From contig CASTST010000004.1 of assembly GCA_949451655.1 (NCBI GenBank), forward strand, positions 1 through 49,960: a stretch of DNA of 49,960 nucleotides, written 5' to 3'. The translations under genes and the position numbers were made by a program. Below, piece after piece: positions 17,619 to 28,611 of this stretch (positions are counted from its first letter, which is position 1; each line of letters begins with the position of its first letter). This DNA is from an uncultured Eubacteriales bacterium. Lineage in GTDB: Bacteria; Bacillota; Clostridia; Oscillospirales; CAG-272. The notes under the pieces are model-generated. The model was given only the letters and a program-made list of their open reading frames with translations, searched no databases and was not told the DNA's origin.

Positions 17619-18692
17619 TTAGTCACCAGATGCCCCCAGCGCTTCCTTCAGCACCGGAAGAATCACCTGCGCCATGCGCATAAATCCAAAATCGTTGGGA
17701 TGCAGAGAATCCACCGTACAGGAATCCCGATCCTCCGTTCCGTACAGAGTTTGCCCGTCAATGAACCAAACCTTATCATCCCCGCGATTTTTTGCATCCA
17801 TATACGTTTTATAGATAACCGCTTTTCGCTTTTCCGTGGCTTCTATACCGTCCTCACAATCCGCCTTACTAAGCATGATAATCGGCAGATCCGGCTGCGC
17901 GGCACGTACAATTTCAAAAAATCTTTGATGCGTCTGCTCCAACTCCTCCGCATCCCCTGCATTATGATCATAATCATAAATAAACGCTGCAAGGGGAATG
18001 CTTGCAATCTGCTCCGCCATCACCGGTTCTCCCTTCCCGCTGGAGGAAAAGCCCATATTGACTACTTCAAAGTTCAGTTTTCTACTCAAAATATTAAAAT
18101 ACGCCATTCCGGGGCGGGATGCACATGCTCCCTGTGTAATAGACGAGCCATAGAACAGCACCGGCTTGTCATAATCAAACGGCTCCGGCATTTCCAGGCT
18201 GGAGCCCGCGTCCAACCCAAGAAGCATCTTTTCCACACCGGAATACAGGGGGAGATTCAGTGTAATTTCCTTCATCTCGCCATCGTGAAATTCCCGCACA
18301 TCCTCATAATGATCCGTGCCGTTCAGATATACAAAAAATGTTTTGAAAAACTTTTTGTTCCTTCCGGAGCCGATATAAATATCTACGCCTGTGCTGGAAT
18401 TGTACGGCATATGGGGCATGAGGTTGTTCCATTCCACATCCACCTTGATTCCGATTTTTTTGGAATTTGTTTTAAAAGAAATCTGCACACCTGCTGTGCA
18501 AGGAGAAAGCCCGCGCACACCAAAATTGTACAAATGATTGAGACTATCGTCCATCCGGTGATAATTCTGATTTTTCTCCCTCCAGGGAAGCCCGGAAATA
18601 CGCACGGGGGCAGTAAAACAATCTATGTATAAAAGCCCGCTCTCATCCGTATTCTGTTTGAAATTCTGATCAATTTCCTCTATTTTCGGCAT
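17619..18692 (-). CDS. SGNH/GDSL hydrolase with N-terminal GxDLY-type domain
   Basis: TGVDIY, FYGSSITQG, NMGFS, YDHN, DSLHPND; start placed at MPKIEE after AAAGGA because the upstream extension reads into the repeat. Confidence 0.85.
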   Translation of the reverse strand: MPKIEEIDQNFKQNTDESGLLYIDCFTAPVRISGLPWREKNQNYHRMDDSLNHLYNFGVRGLSPCTAGVQISFKTNSKKIGIKVDVEWNNLMPHMPYNSSTGVDIYIGSGRNKKFFKTFFVYLNGTDHYEDVREFHDGEMKEITLNLPLYSGVEKMLLGLDAGSSLEMPEPFDYDKPVLFYGSSITQGACASRPGMAYFNILSRKLNFEVVNMGFSSSGKGEPVMAEQIASIPLAAFIYDYDHNAGDAEELEQTHQRFFEIVRAAQPDLPIIMLSKADCEDGIEATEKRKAVIYKTYMDAKNRGDDKVWFIDGQTLYGTEDRDSCTVDSLHPNDFGFMRMAQVILPVLKEALGASGD

Positions 18693-18736
18693 GATTTCAT
18701 TTCCTTTCTTATAATTGCATTGCAGCCTTACAAGGT

Positions 18737-18967
18737 CCCCTTTGCACAAGGGGGGCTTATTCAATTAGAGGTTCCGCGATCCCCCCTTTGAGGGGAACCT
18801 ATCATTTCATTTCTTCAAGCCTCCCCCCAGTAAAGGGAGGTGTCACAGCTTTGCTGTGACGGAGGGATTGTTATACTATCATTTCGCAGCCTCTTCAAAT
18901 CGACAGATCTCTTACAATCCCTCCGTCGCTATCGCTTCGCTTTACAACAGCCCCCTTTGCTGGGGGG
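18737..18967. repeat. Palindromic repeat cluster R4 (direct copy of R3)
   Basis: 18817-18942 matches 17415-17540 with 5 mismatches; 18737-18773 identical to 5081-5117. Confidence 0.9.
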
Positions 18968-19129
18968 ATCTTACTTCGCGACATACCCCAAGGGTTCATT
19001 TTTTTGAAACAAGGGGGCACTGCTTTTGTCCTAAATTTTATATATAAAAGCGCCGCCTGATCCGGCGGCGCCCTGCTTTATTCGTCCCCTGAAATCTGAC
19101 ATCTGATTTCAGGAAATCATTCATTATAG

Positions 19130-19495
19130 GGGAAATCTGTAAGCCGGGTTCTGTACGGCAAAAAGCCGTGGCTGTCATCTATCTCGAACCTGCATTGCTG
19201 CAAGTCTCCAGCCACCCGCAGACACACATGCCGGGCCGGCATGGACTCCTGTTGGAGCCGTTCTGCATACGGTGTTGCATCGAATAGGGTTTACATTTGC
19301 ACACAGTTGCCTGTCGTGCCGGTGAGCTCTTACCTCGCCTTTCCATCCTTACCGCAAAATGCGGCGGTCTATTTCTGTTGCACTTTCCCGGAGGTTACCC
19401 TCGGCGGACGTTATCCGTTATCCTGCCCTGTGAAGCCCGGACTTTCCTCACGCTGATACCTTTCGGCAACACAACGCGCGACAGCCCGATTTCCC
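19130..19495 (-). ncRNA. rnpB: RNase P RNA
   Basis: Minus strand GAGGAAAGTCCGGGC ... ACAGAACCCGGCTTA; complementary ends GGGAAATC/GATTTCCC; TTGACA-17-TAAAAT promoter overlapping the 3' end of the YitT-family gene. Confidence 0.95.
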
Positions 19496-19507
19496 ATATT
19501 GATTTTA

Positions 19508-20422
19508 CTATAGGATGTCCGACTTGTCAAGCTTTTTGTCTCCTTTGCTGAAAGAGAAGCCGTTCCCGTTCACTTCCCCTACCTTACTGATAATCATAAA
19601 CGCATCCGGATCCACAGCAAGAATGGTCTTTTTTGCCCTGGCAAGCTGCCGGCTGGATACAACCGTTAAAACTACATCACAGGATTCGCCGGACAGTCCC
19701 CGTGTGCCGGACAGCAGTGTGACGCCCCGGTGCAGCTCCGTCAGCACCGCATCCCGCACCTCTTTTGTGCTGTTGCTGATCACCTGAATCTGCAATTTTC
19801 CATTGCCCATCATCATGACCTGGTTGATCACAAAAGAATATACAACCACCATCAAAATTCCGTACAGCGCCTGCCGTACAGAAGATATGGGAAGCTGCGC
19901 GCAAATCACCGTTGCATCAATAATGCACAACATAGTTCCTACAGGAAATCCCGTCCATTTGTTTATAATCAGCGGCGGAATATCCATTCCCCCTGTGGAA
20001 GAATCCGTCCGTGCTACCACGCCCACAGCAAATCCAATCATCACACCGGCTGCCGCAGCGCACAGCACCAGATCATCCTCAATTAACACAACATCCTTAA
20101 ACACACGCTGAAATATGTATAAAAATCCCGGATACAGCACGGTACTCGCCGCTGTCGTGACGCAAAAATGTTTGCCAAGCACAACAGATCCCCATATAAA
20201 CAGGGCGATGTTGATCGCAAACACAAAATATGACACTTCCACACCGGTGAGCTTGCTGATCATAATAGAAATACCGGTAACGCCTCCGGTAACAAGTCCG
20301 GATGGCATGACAAATAACACAATAGCCAAAGCATACATGGCGTTTCCGCCTACAAGAATCAGGTTTTTCCCGATCATGTCGAGCACTTTCTGCCCTTTTG
20401 TAAGTTCTTTGTTGATTCCCAT
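19508..20422 (-). CDS. YitT family membrane protein
   Basis: GLVTGGVTGIS, SSTGGMDI, RGVTLLSG, DPDAFMII; start uncertain. Confidence 0.88.
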   Translation of the reverse strand: MGINKELTKGQKVLDMIGKNLILVGGNAMYALAIVLFVMPSGLVTGGVTGISIMISKLTGVEVSYFVFAINIALFIWGSVVLGKHFCVTTAASTVLYPGFLYIFQRVFKDVVLIEDDLVLCAAAAGVMIGFAVGVVARTDSSTGGMDIPPLIINKWTGFPVGTMLCIIDATVICAQLPISSVRQALYGILMVVVYSFVINQVMMMGNGKLQIQVISNSTKEVRDAVLTELHRGVTLLSGTRGLSGESCDVVLTVVSSRQLARAKKTILAVDPDAFMIISKVGEVNGNGFSFSKGDKKLDKSDIL

Positions 20423-20633
20423 ATTTCCCAACTTCACATATAAAAATAGAACGGCATAAAATTTATCCGCACATATTGCCACAATTCAAATGATAGCACA
20501 ACCCCAATCCACTGTCAATACAGAAATTTACAGTTTTTTCACGGGTAAAATCAGGATATTTCTTGTGTAGTTCTCTAAAATATGGTATGATAATATGATT
20601 GATAAATTTTGATTCTTTTCTGCGAGGTCTTAT

Positions 20634-22286
20634 ATGAGCAATATCATAATGAAACCGGTTGCCCAAACGGAAAAGAGCTTTCTGGATGAGTCCGTGCACG
20701 ATAAGGCAGACTATTCCAAAGGCTCCGCACTGCTTGGAGAACGGTTCAGCTTTCAGCTGGCTTTCCAATTTGATGATGCTGATCCGGTGAAAAAGGCAGG
20801 CTTTCTATCCGTTGAAAGTCCTATCGCCGATTGCATCCATTTGCAGCGGGTGGACTCCGTTCCTGTGCGCTACCCTCTGTACTGTGGAAAGGACGACGGT
20901 GCATATCTGCGTACCCAGCCAGGACTGTACCCCGACCTGCTCCGTCCGATTACAGAAGAAAACTGCATTTATATTACAAAAGAGTTGCAGGCAATCTGGG
21001 TAGACGTCCGCATACCGGAAAATATGCAGGGCGGCACATACCCCATTCATTTCGTTCTGCGGGGATGGGAAAAAGAAATCCTTGCCGAGGCGGATTTTAC
21101 AGTTGAAGTTATCCCGGCAGCCCTGCCGGAGCAGACACTGCAGGTTACCCAGTGGTTTCACCCGGACTGCCTTGCTGTGTATTATAATGTGGAAATTTTC
21201 TCCGACCGTCACTGGGAAATCATGCAGTCTTTTCTGCAAACGGCAGTAGATAACGGCATTAACATGATTCTCACTCCGGTGTTTACCCCTCCTTTGGATA
21301 CAGCGATTGGGCGAGAACGTCCGACTGTACAGTTGGTGGATGTCACGCAAACAGGAGACAGTTGGAGCTTCGGCTTTAAAAATCTGAAAAAATGGGTGGA
21401 AATGTGCGAATCAGTCGGTATCCGCTACTATGAAATTTCTCATTTGTTCACCCAATGGGGCGCACACCATGCCCCGAAAATTATGGCACATACAGATACA
21501 GGCTACCGGCAGGTTTTCGGCTGGGATACAGACGCGGCAGGCGAGGAATACCGCAGCTTTCTGAATGCGTTCCTTCCCGCGCTGATTCAGGAAATGAACG
21601 GGCTGGGCGTCGGGGATAGAATGGTGTTCCACCTGTCAGATGAGCCGGGCGGCGACAAACTGGAAAGCTATCTTGCCGCTAAGGAAGGCGTAAAAGAAGC
21701 GCTGCGTGGACAAACTGTAATGGATGCCCTTTCCGACTTCAGCTTTTATGAGCAGGGCGCTGTGGAAACTCCGGTTGTATCTATTGACCACATCGAACCG
21801 TACCTGGAGGCAGGACTGGATCATTTATGGGCATACTACTGCTGCTGTCAGTGCGAACAGGTTTCCAACCGGTTTGTTTCCATGCCTACTGCCCGCAACC
21901 GCATGATCGGCACACAGCTGTACAAATACAACATCGCCGGATTCCTCCAGTGGGGATATAACTTCTACTTTACAGAAGGGTCTCTGGAATTCTGCGATCC
22001 CTATATGTGCACAGACGGCGGATTCTGGGTGCCCGCCGGGGATGCATTCTCTGTATACCCCGCACCGGACGGCACTGCCTATGAAACCATTCACCTGCTG
22101 GGCTTCACCGCCGCCATGTATGATATGCGTGCATTCGCGCTGGCGGAAAAGCTGTGCGGACGGCAGGCAGTACTGGACATTCTGGAATCCCACGGAGAAA
22201 TCACATTCAAAGAATACCCCTGCGATCAGGCATTTGTTTTGGATACACGGGAAAAAATCAACCGTCTGATTGCAGAGCATATATAA
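20634..22286 (+). CDS. DUF4091-containing glycoside hydrolase (GH123-like)
   Basis: TQWFHPDC, SHLFTQWG, HLSDEP, WAYYCC, GFLQWGYNFY, GDAFSVYP. Confidence 0.75.
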   Translation: MSNIIMKPVAQTEKSFLDESVHDKADYSKGSALLGERFSFQLAFQFDDADPVKKAGFLSVESPIADCIHLQRVDSVPVRYPLYCGKDDGAYLRTQPGLYPDLLRPITEENCIYITKELQAIWVDVRIPENMQGGTYPIHFVLRGWEKEILAEADFTVEVIPAALPEQTLQVTQWFHPDCLAVYYNVEIFSDRHWEIMQSFLQTAVDNGINMILTPVFTPPLDTAIGRERPTVQLVDVTQTGDSWSFGFKNLKKWVEMCESVGIRYYEISHLFTQWGAHHAPKIMAHTDTGYRQVFGWDTDAAGEEYRSFLNAFLPALIQEMNGLGVGDRMVFHLSDEPGGDKLESYLAAKEGVKEALRGQTVMDALSDFSFYEQGAVETPVVSIDHIEPYLEAGLDHLWAYYCCCQCEQVSNRFVSMPTARNRMIGTQLYKYNIAGFLQWGYNFYFTEGSLEFCDPYMCTDGGFWVPAGDAFSVYPAPDGTAYETIHLLGFTAAMYDMRAFALAEKLCGRQAVLDILESHGEITFKEYPCDQAFVLDTREKINRLIAEHI

Positions 22287-22311
22287 TAATTCAATAATGG
22301 AGAGACGATAC

Positions 22312-23964
22312 ATGAAAAAACTTACAAACCTTTCTAACCCTGTGCAGGTCAAAGGTCCTGTACTCACCATCGTAATGGATGGCGTCGGCATCGCCCCCGC
22401 CGGAGACGGAAATGCGGTAAAACGGGCATACACCCCCACGCTGGACAGAATCATGAAAGAATATCCTATGGTGCAGCTGAAAGCCCACGGCACTGCCGTA
22501 GGACTTCCCTCCGATGAGGACATGGGTAACTCTGAAGTTGGACACAACGCCCTTGGATCCGGGCAAGTGTTTGCCCAGGGCGCAAAGCTGGTAACAGCTT
22601 CTATCGAATCCGGCAAGCTTTTCTCCTCCGACGCATGGAATCAGGAAGTAAATAACGTAAAGGAAAGCGGCGGCACCCTGCACTTTTTGGGTCTGTTTTC
22701 CGACGGCAACGTGCACTCCCACATTGACCATCTGAAAGCACTGATCTCCCACGCAAAAGAAGACGGCGTAAAACGGGTTCGGGTGCATATCCTGCTGGAC
22801 GGACGGGACGTTGGTGAAACCTCCGCACTGGACTATGTAAATCCTTTTGAAGAATTTCTGGCAGGACTGCGCAGCGATGATTTTGATATTATGATCGCAT
22901 CCGGCGGCGGTCGTATGAACATCACCATGGACCGGTACGAAGCAAACTGGGCTATGGTGGAAAAAGGCTGGCGCACCCATGTACTCGGCGAAGGCAGACA
23001 GTTTGCCTCTGCTGCAGAGGCAATTGAAACCTACCGCAGCGAAAGCCATGTGATCGATCAGGATCTGCCTGCATTTGTTATTGCCAAAGATGGTGCACCT
23101 GTAGGCACAGTGGAAGACGGCGACAGCGTGATTTTCTTCAATTTCCGCGGCGACCGTTCTATTGAAATTTCCAAAGCTTTTGAAGGCGGCAGCGATTTTG
23201 CATATTTTGATCGCGTACGTGTACCGAAGGTTGTATACGCAGGCATGCTGGAATACGACGGAGATTTGCACATCCCCAGCAGATATCTTGTTTCTCCTCC
23301 GGAAATTACCAACACAATGGGCGAATATCTGGCAGGTACAGGGATTGCCCAGTATGCAATTTCCGAAACACAGAAATACGGTCATGTTACCTATTTCTGG
23401 AACGGAAATAAATCCGGCAAATTTTCCGAGGAATTGGAAACTTATGTAGAAATCCCCTCCGATGTAGTGCCCTTTGAACAGCGCCCCTGGATGAAGTGTG
23501 CTGAAATCGCGGACGCATTGATCGAGGCTATGCGCAGCGGAAAATACCCCTGCATGCGGGTAAACTTCCCCAACGGTGACATGGTGGGACACACCGGCAG
23601 TCTGGAAGCTACGATTTGCTCTATGGAAGCACTGGATCTGCAGCTTGCACGGATTCTGCAAGTTGTAGATGAGCTTCAGGGCGTTGCGCTGATTACCGCT
23701 GACCACGGAAATGCGGACGAAATGTACGAAACAGATAAGAAGGGTGCGCCCAAGGCAGACGCAAACGGATGCTACAAGGCAAAAACCAGTCACACACTCA
23801 ATCCTGTTCCTTTTATTATATATGACAATTTCTACAAGGATCAATATACTGTAAAAGCAGATGAGGGCGCATTTGGACTGTCCAATGTTGCTGCAACAGT
23901 GGTAAACATGTTGGGCTACACAGCGCCGGATATGTGGGACGAATCCATTATTGAAGTGAAATAA
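22312..23964 (+). CDS. gpmI: 2,3-bisphosphoglycerate-independent phosphoglycerate mutase
   Basis: MDGVG, MGNSEVGH, DGRD, NFRGDR, ETQKYGHVTYF, DMVGHTG, ADHGNAD, SHT. Confidence 0.95.
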   Translation: MKKLTNLSNPVQVKGPVLTIVMDGVGIAPAGDGNAVKRAYTPTLDRIMKEYPMVQLKAHGTAVGLPSDEDMGNSEVGHNALGSGQVFAQGAKLVTASIESGKLFSSDAWNQEVNNVKESGGTLHFLGLFSDGNVHSHIDHLKALISHAKEDGVKRVRVHILLDGRDVGETSALDYVNPFEEFLAGLRSDDFDIMIASGGGRMNITMDRYEANWAMVEKGWRTHVLGEGRQFASAAEAIETYRSESHVIDQDLPAFVIAKDGAPVGTVEDGDSVIFFNFRGDRSIEISKAFEGGSDFAYFDRVRVPKVVYAGMLEYDGDLHIPSRYLVSPPEITNTMGEYLAGTGIAQYAISETQKYGHVTYFWNGNKSGKFSEELETYVEIPSDVVPFEQRPWMKCAEIADALIEAMRSGKYPCMRVNFPNGDMVGHTGSLEATICSMEALDLQLARILQVVDELQGVALITADHGNADEMYETDKKGAPKADANGCYKAKTSHTLNPVPFIIYDNFYKDQYTVKADEGAFGLSNVAATVVNMLGYTAPDMWDESIIEVK

Positions 23965-23980
23965 TACAACACCAAAATTC

Positions 23981-24053
23981 AAAGGCTTCCCCCAGCAAAG
24001 GGATCTGTCGCCCAAACGCAGTGATGCGTAGCGATAGCGACCTGAGGGATTGT
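23981..24053 (+). repeat. Half-unit R5 of the palindromic repeat family
   Basis: CTTCCCCAGCAAAGGGA-TGTCGC..GCGTAGCGATAGCGAC-TGAGGGATTGT. Confidence 0.8.
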
Positions 24054-24080
24054 CTAACGAACGATAAAAAAGATATAATT

Positions 24081-24107
24081 AAAAGGCTTGCCGCTGGCAA
24101 GCCTTTT
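24081..24107. terminator. Bidirectional terminator
   Basis: AAAAGGCTTGCC-GCT-GGCAAGCCTTTT between convergent genes. Confidence 0.75.
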
Positions 24108-24109
24108 AA

Positions 24110-24910
24110 TTATATCTTCCTTTTTCGCTTCACTTTATAGGTTCTGCCTTCTAAAGGCTCTCCGCTGATATCTTCTAAATCGCTGATCTCCACTACATAC
24201 TCCGTCAGATATCCGTTTTCTACCGCAAACGCATATTTGTTTACTGAAAGCAATGAAACAGGCGGATTATATCTTGACCACTCAACAATCATTTTGCCTT
24301 CTGTATATGTATAAGTCTCCTTGTTATACTCTGTCACACTGTTATTATGAGCATCGCACAGCGCACGAATATACGTTAATATTCTGCCGGTGTCATCGTA
24401 TTCACATTCAGCGATTTCCAAAAGCTCTCCTCCGCAATACTGCAACCCAAGGCTTTTGTTTCCGCAATAGGATATATATTCTTTCGGTCCGTTTTGTGCA
24501 GTACCAATGTGCTTCTTATGATTGTCAAAATAATGTGTACCGGTTACCCTCGGATTATCTGCTTTGCACATTCTTCCCCTATTGCAGTTTCCAATCACAA
24601 TATCTTCGATCAGGCTGGGGCAAAAGAATCCCCTGTATAAGGTTTCGCCGCCTGCACTGTACTTTATCTCAGCAGTATTGGATTTCAGCGCAATATCCAA
24701 CTCATTTTGCCGACTGCCGTTCTCCTTCATGATTTCTGCCATTCTCTCACATTCCAAACGGTAAGGTGCGCACAGAGTATCGTATTTCTCTTCTGTCATC
24801 TTGATTTTCTCAAGAAAAGAAACACGACTGTCCGCAAACCATTTGCGCATATAATCTTTCTCCTCATCCGATATAAATGCAAGATCATCCAAAAAGTCAT
24901 AGTTATTCAT
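24110..24910 (-). CDS. Hypothetical protein
   Basis: ~266-aa ORF downstream of the GNAT gene, AGGTGG RBS; no family recognised. Confidence 0.65.
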   Translation of the reverse strand: MNNYDFLDDLAFISDEEKDYMRKWFADSRVSFLEKIKMTEEKYDTLCAPYRLECERMAEIMKENGSRQNELDIALKSNTAEIKYSAGGETLYRGFFCPSLIEDIVIGNCNRGRMCKADNPRVTGTHYFDNHKKHIGTAQNGPKEYISYCGNKSLGLQYCGGELLEIAECEYDDTGRILTYIRALCDAHNNSVTEYNKETYTYTEGKMIVEWSRYNPPVSLLSVNKYAFAVENGYLTEYVVEISDLEDISGEPLEGRTYKVKRKRKI

Positions 24911-24934
24911 ACACATCCACCTGCCTTTTGTCAC

Positions 24935-25417
24935 TTACTCCGACAAATCAAATTCCATAATATGCCGCTGTTCCTGCATCCTCTCATGGAGATAAAACGC
25001 ATGTGCATTTTCGTTGAACGCCCACACATTCAATTCCAGCCGTGCACATCCCTGTTTGCGTCCGTACTCCTTTGCATAATCCAGCAGCAGCTTTCCGTAT
25101 CCCTCTTTCTGGGCTGCCGGGCTTACCGACATATCCTCAACCCATAAGGCACGCGCATCACGCAAAATCTTATGCTGTACAGTCTCCCGAATTTTACACA
25201 TCAGCAGTCCCGTTACCGCACCCGCCTCGTCTGTAGATACAAAAATCTGCATATCGCCAGTTTCTATAAAACGGAGCAGTTCCTCTCTTGTATATGCTCC
25301 CCTGCCGGAGCAGAACAAATCGCCCCGCCTACTGCTGTGGCAGTCAGCTACATGCAAAAGCAGTGACAACAATGCATCCATATCTTCCGGTACAGCTTTT
25401 CGAACCGTTTTTTCCAT
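24935..25417 (-). CDS. GNAT family N-acetyltransferase
   Basis: VRKAVPED, QKEGYGKLL (acetyl-CoA motif A), LNVWAFNENAHAFY; AGGAGG RBS before ATG 25417. Confidence 0.88.
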   Translation of the reverse strand: MEKTVRKAVPEDMDALLSLLLHVADCHSSRRGDLFCSGRGAYTREELLRFIETGDMQIFVSTDEAGAVTGLLMCKIRETVQHKILRDARALWVEDMSVSPAAQKEGYGKLLLDYAKEYGRKQGCARLELNVWAFNENAHAFYLHERMQEQRHIMEFDLSE

Positions 25418-25491
25418 GATATTCCTCCTATTTTTATAAAAAAACAAGTCCGGAAAGGCATACCGCCTTTCCGGACCTTTTACACAGGCCC

Positions 25492-28206
25492 TCAGCGAGC
25501 CACTTCTTCCATAATGAATGCTTCCAGGATATCGCCTTCTTTGATATCGTTGAATTTCTCCAAACCGATACCGCATTCGTATCCCTGCTGCACTTCTTTT
25601 GCGTCATCCTTAAACCGGCGCAAAGATGAAATCTTATCCTCTGCTACAACGATGCCGTCACGCACTACGCGGATCTGCGCATTCCGGGCAATCATACCGT
25701 CCTGTACATAGGATCCGGCAATAATACCCACATTGGGCACGCGGATCGTCTGACGAACCTGTGCCTGACCGATTACCTTTTCCACAAATTCCGGTGCAAG
25801 CATACCCTTGGTGGCAGCGGTAATTTCCTCAATACATTCGTAAATAATCCGATATGTGCGGATATCTACCTTCTGCCGCTGGGCAGAATCAATCGCACCT
25901 CGGTCAGGACGAACGTTAAAGCCAACAATAATTGCATTGGATGCCGCCGCCAGCATTACATCACTTTCCGTAATACCGCCGACAGCAGAATGAATCACAC
26001 GCACGCGCACTTCTTCATTGGAGATTTTCTCCAGAGACTGTTTGACAGCCTCAGCAGAACCACCTACGTCCGCTTTCACGATGATGTTAAGTTCCTGTAC
26101 GCCTTCTTTGATCTGTGCAAACAAGTCGTCCAGGTTTACCTTGGCGTTGATACGGAACTCTTCTTCCTTGGCTTTTGTACGCCGCTGATCTGCCAGCGTT
26201 CTTGCCATACGCTCATCTTCTACAGCGTTGAATTCATCTCCTGCAAGAGGAACCTCTGCAAGACCGATAATTTCCACAGGAACAGAAGGACCTGCTTCTT
26301 TCAGCGTTTGTCCCTTATCATTGGTCATTGCACGCACACGTCCAACAGATGTGCCGGCAATCACAATATCTCCGGAATGGAGCGTACCGTTTTGCACCAG
26401 AACGGTTGCCACGGGGCCGCGCCCCTTATCCAACTGCGCTTCAATTACGATACCTTTTGCACGGCGCGCCGGATTTGCCTTATACTCTTTCACTTCTGCA
26501 ATCAGAAGTATATTTTCCAACAGATCCTGAATACCGTCTCCGGTCAGCGCGGAAACAGGCACGCACATAACGTCGCCGCCCCACTCTTCCGGCACAAGAT
26601 TATAGTTGGTAAGTGCAGATTTTACTGCATCCGGATTTGCACCCGGCTTATCCATTTTATTGATCGCAACGATAATTTCAACGCCGGCTGCCTGCGCATG
26701 GTTGATTGCTTCCACAGTCTGGGGCATAATGCCGTCGTCTGCTGCAACCACCAAAATTGCAATATCCGTTGCCTGTGCGCCGCGGGCACGCATTGCAGTA
26801 AACGCTTCGTGACCAGGCGTATCCAGGAAGGTGATTTCCTTATCGTTAATACTTACTCTGTAAGCACCGATATGCTGGGTGATACCGCCGGCTTCCCCGC
26901 TGGTTACGCTGGTATGGCGGATTGCGTCCAAAAGGGAGGTTTTACCGTGGTCAACGTGACCCATAACGCAAACAACAGGCGCACGTTCTACCAGATCGCC
27001 GGTATCATCTTCTTCCTCGCTGAACAGTTTTTCTTCAATGGTGACCACCACTTCTTTGGTAACCTGCGCGCCCAGTTCTTCTGCAACCAGGAACGCTGTA
27101 TCAAAGTCGATGATCTGATTGACCGTAACAATACTGCCCATCATCATCAGCCGTTTTACCACTTCCGCAGCTGTCACTTTCAATCTGGAAGCAAGCTCGC
27201 CCACAGAAATCTCATCGGGAACGGAAATTTTAAGCGGCTGCTTTTTGGCTTCCATCGCCGCCTTGCGACGTAGCTTTTCCATTGCGGCGCTTTCTTTATT
27301 TCTGTTTTTCGCAGAACGCACGTCCCGAGTGTTTTGCTTTTTCAGCTTCTGCTTACCTGCGGCAAGCTGATCCCGACCCGTTTCCGGTGCAAATTTCTCC
27401 AGGCGCTCGTCATATTTTGAAAGGTTTACAGAAACGGAACGGGTATCCACCACACGGGTAGTTCCGGTTCTCTTACGCTCATTTGCAGGAGCCGACTGCT
27501 TTGCCTTTTGCTTGGACATAGTAGTCTGATCCGGCGTAAAGTTACGGCTCTGCCCCATAGCCGCCGCTTCCTGCCGCTGCTGCAGTGTTTGCTGAATTTT
27601 CTGACTCACATTTTGTGCGCCGCGCTTCTGATTCTGCCCAGACTTCGGCGCTGCTTCCTGCCGCTGCTTCGGCTGCTGCGGTTTGGCTGCGGGTGCAGCT
27701 TTCGCCTGTGCCGCTGCCTGCTGTTTCTGCGCTGCTGCAGCTTCACGGCGCGCCTTTTGCGCCGCCTCTTCCTCTGCACGGGCGCGGGCTGCTGCAGCTG
27801 CCTTTAACAGTGCTGCATCTTTCGCTTTTTCTCTTGCAATCGCTTCCGCCTTTTCCCGTTCTGCCTGCTCTGCGGCTGCCTTGGCTTCCGCTTCCTTCTT
27901 TGCCTGCTCTGCCGCGCGCTTTGCCGCTTCTTCTTCCGCTTTTCTCTTTTCAGCAGCAAGCTGTGCGGCTTTGCTCATTCTGACAGAAGGAATGCGCGTT
28001 TTTCCATGCAGATATCCCTCAATATCTGCAATCTGGTTTTCTTTTGTGAGCGTGTCCATAAAGAGGTTGAATTCCTCCGGCTCCAGATTTGCCATGGATT
28101 TTTTGCCGGTGATTCCTTCCTCCTCCAACGCTGTGATAAGGTCCTTGCTTTTGATATCAAAGTCCTTTGCAAGTTGGTTAATACGGAACATTGGGGCTTG
28201 TGCCAT
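25492..28206 (-). CDS. infB: Translation initiation factor IF-2
   Basis: [35 protein letters not shown]; Ala/Glu/Lys-rich N-terminal linker. Confidence 0.98.
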   Translation of the reverse strand: MAQAPMFRINQLAKDFDIKSKDLITALEEEGITGKKSMANLEPEEFNLFMDTLTKENQIADIEGYLHGKTRIPSVRMSKAAQLAAEKRKAEEEAAKRAAEQAKKEAEAKAAAEQAEREKAEAIAREKAKDAALLKAAAAARARAEEEAAQKARREAAAAQKQQAAAQAKAAPAAKPQQPKQRQEAAPKSGQNQKRGAQNVSQKIQQTLQQRQEAAAMGQSRNFTPDQTTMSKQKAKQSAPANERKRTGTTRVVDTRSVSVNLSKYDERLEKFAPETGRDQLAAGKQKLKKQNTRDVRSAKNRNKESAAMEKLRRKAAMEAKKQPLKISVPDEISVGELASRLKVTAAEVVKRLMMMGSIVTVNQIIDFDTAFLVAEELGAQVTKEVVVTIEEKLFSEEEDDTGDLVERAPVVCVMGHVDHGKTSLLDAIRHTSVTSGEAGGITQHIGAYRVSINDKEITFLDTPGHEAFTAMRARGAQATDIAILVVAADDGIMPQTVEAINHAQAAGVEIIVAINKMDKPGANPDAVKSALTNYNLVPEEWGGDVMCVPVSALTGDGIQDLLENILLIAEVKEYKANPARRAKGIVIEAQLDKGRGPVATVLVQNGTLHSGDIVIAGTSVGRVRAMTNDKGQTLKEAGPSVPVEIIGLAEVPLAGDEFNAVEDERMARTLADQRRTKAKEEEFRINAKVNLDDLFAQIKEGVQELNIIVKADVGGSAEAVKQSLEKISNEEVRVRVIHSAVGGITESDVMLAAASNAIIVGFNVRPDRGAIDSAQRQKVDIRTYRIIYECIEEITAATKGMLAPEFVEKVIGQAQVRQTIRVPNVGIIAGSYVQDGMIARNAQIRVVRDGIVVAEDKISSLRRFKDDAKEVQQGYECGIGLEKFNDIKEGDILEAFIMEEVAR

Positions 28207-28293
28207 ATTTTTCTACCTTTTCCCCTTCGGGGAATCCTTTCCTGTCAGATTTTCGCTGCTTACATGTATTATAGTCTGTCATCCAGACCGGAT

Positions 28294-28611
28294 TTACTGA
28301 TTCTTTGTTTCAAGGTCTTTTATTGCCGCTGCAAAGCCGGCGTCCGTCACAGCTATAGCTGCAACAGGTGCGGACTTTCCCACTGCCTGCGCCAGCTCCT
28401 CCATAGTGTACTCGGTATGAAGAAGCGGTATATTATAATATTTGCTTTTATCCTGTATCTGCTTTGCTGTGCGGGCAGACGGATCTGCGGCAAGAATCAC
28501 AATTCTCGCCTGCCGCCTGCGAATAGATGCGAGAACAAGATCTGTTCCCGGCACCAACGCCCTGGCGGCACTGGCAAAGCCTATATACTTCAGTAGTTTA
28601 CTCTGCATCAT
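28294..28611 (-). CDS. L7Ae/L30e family RNA-binding protein (YlxQ-like)
   Basis: LLKYIGFA...IVILAAD...ELAQAVGK...AVTDAGFA; conserved position in the nusA operon. Confidence 0.88.
   Translation of the reverse strand: MMQSKLLKYIGFASAARALVPGTDLVLASIRRRQARIVILAADPSARTAKQIQDKSKYYNIPLLHTEYTMEELAQAVGKSAPVAAIAVTDAGFAAAIKDLETKNQ

Noticed and set aside
19241-19551. Plus-strand ORFs at 19241-19456 and 19297-19551
   Set aside because: They overlap the RNase P RNA gene on the opposite strand.
13887-27273. Long antisense ORFs (13887-15530, 17454-18632, 22291-24015, 25990-27273)
   Set aside because: They mirror nrdD, the SGNH gene, gpmI and infB, as expected from codon bias.
27600-27975. Low-complexity GCT/GCA-rich stretch
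   Set aside because: It encodes the normal Ala/Glu/Lys-rich linker of IF-2.
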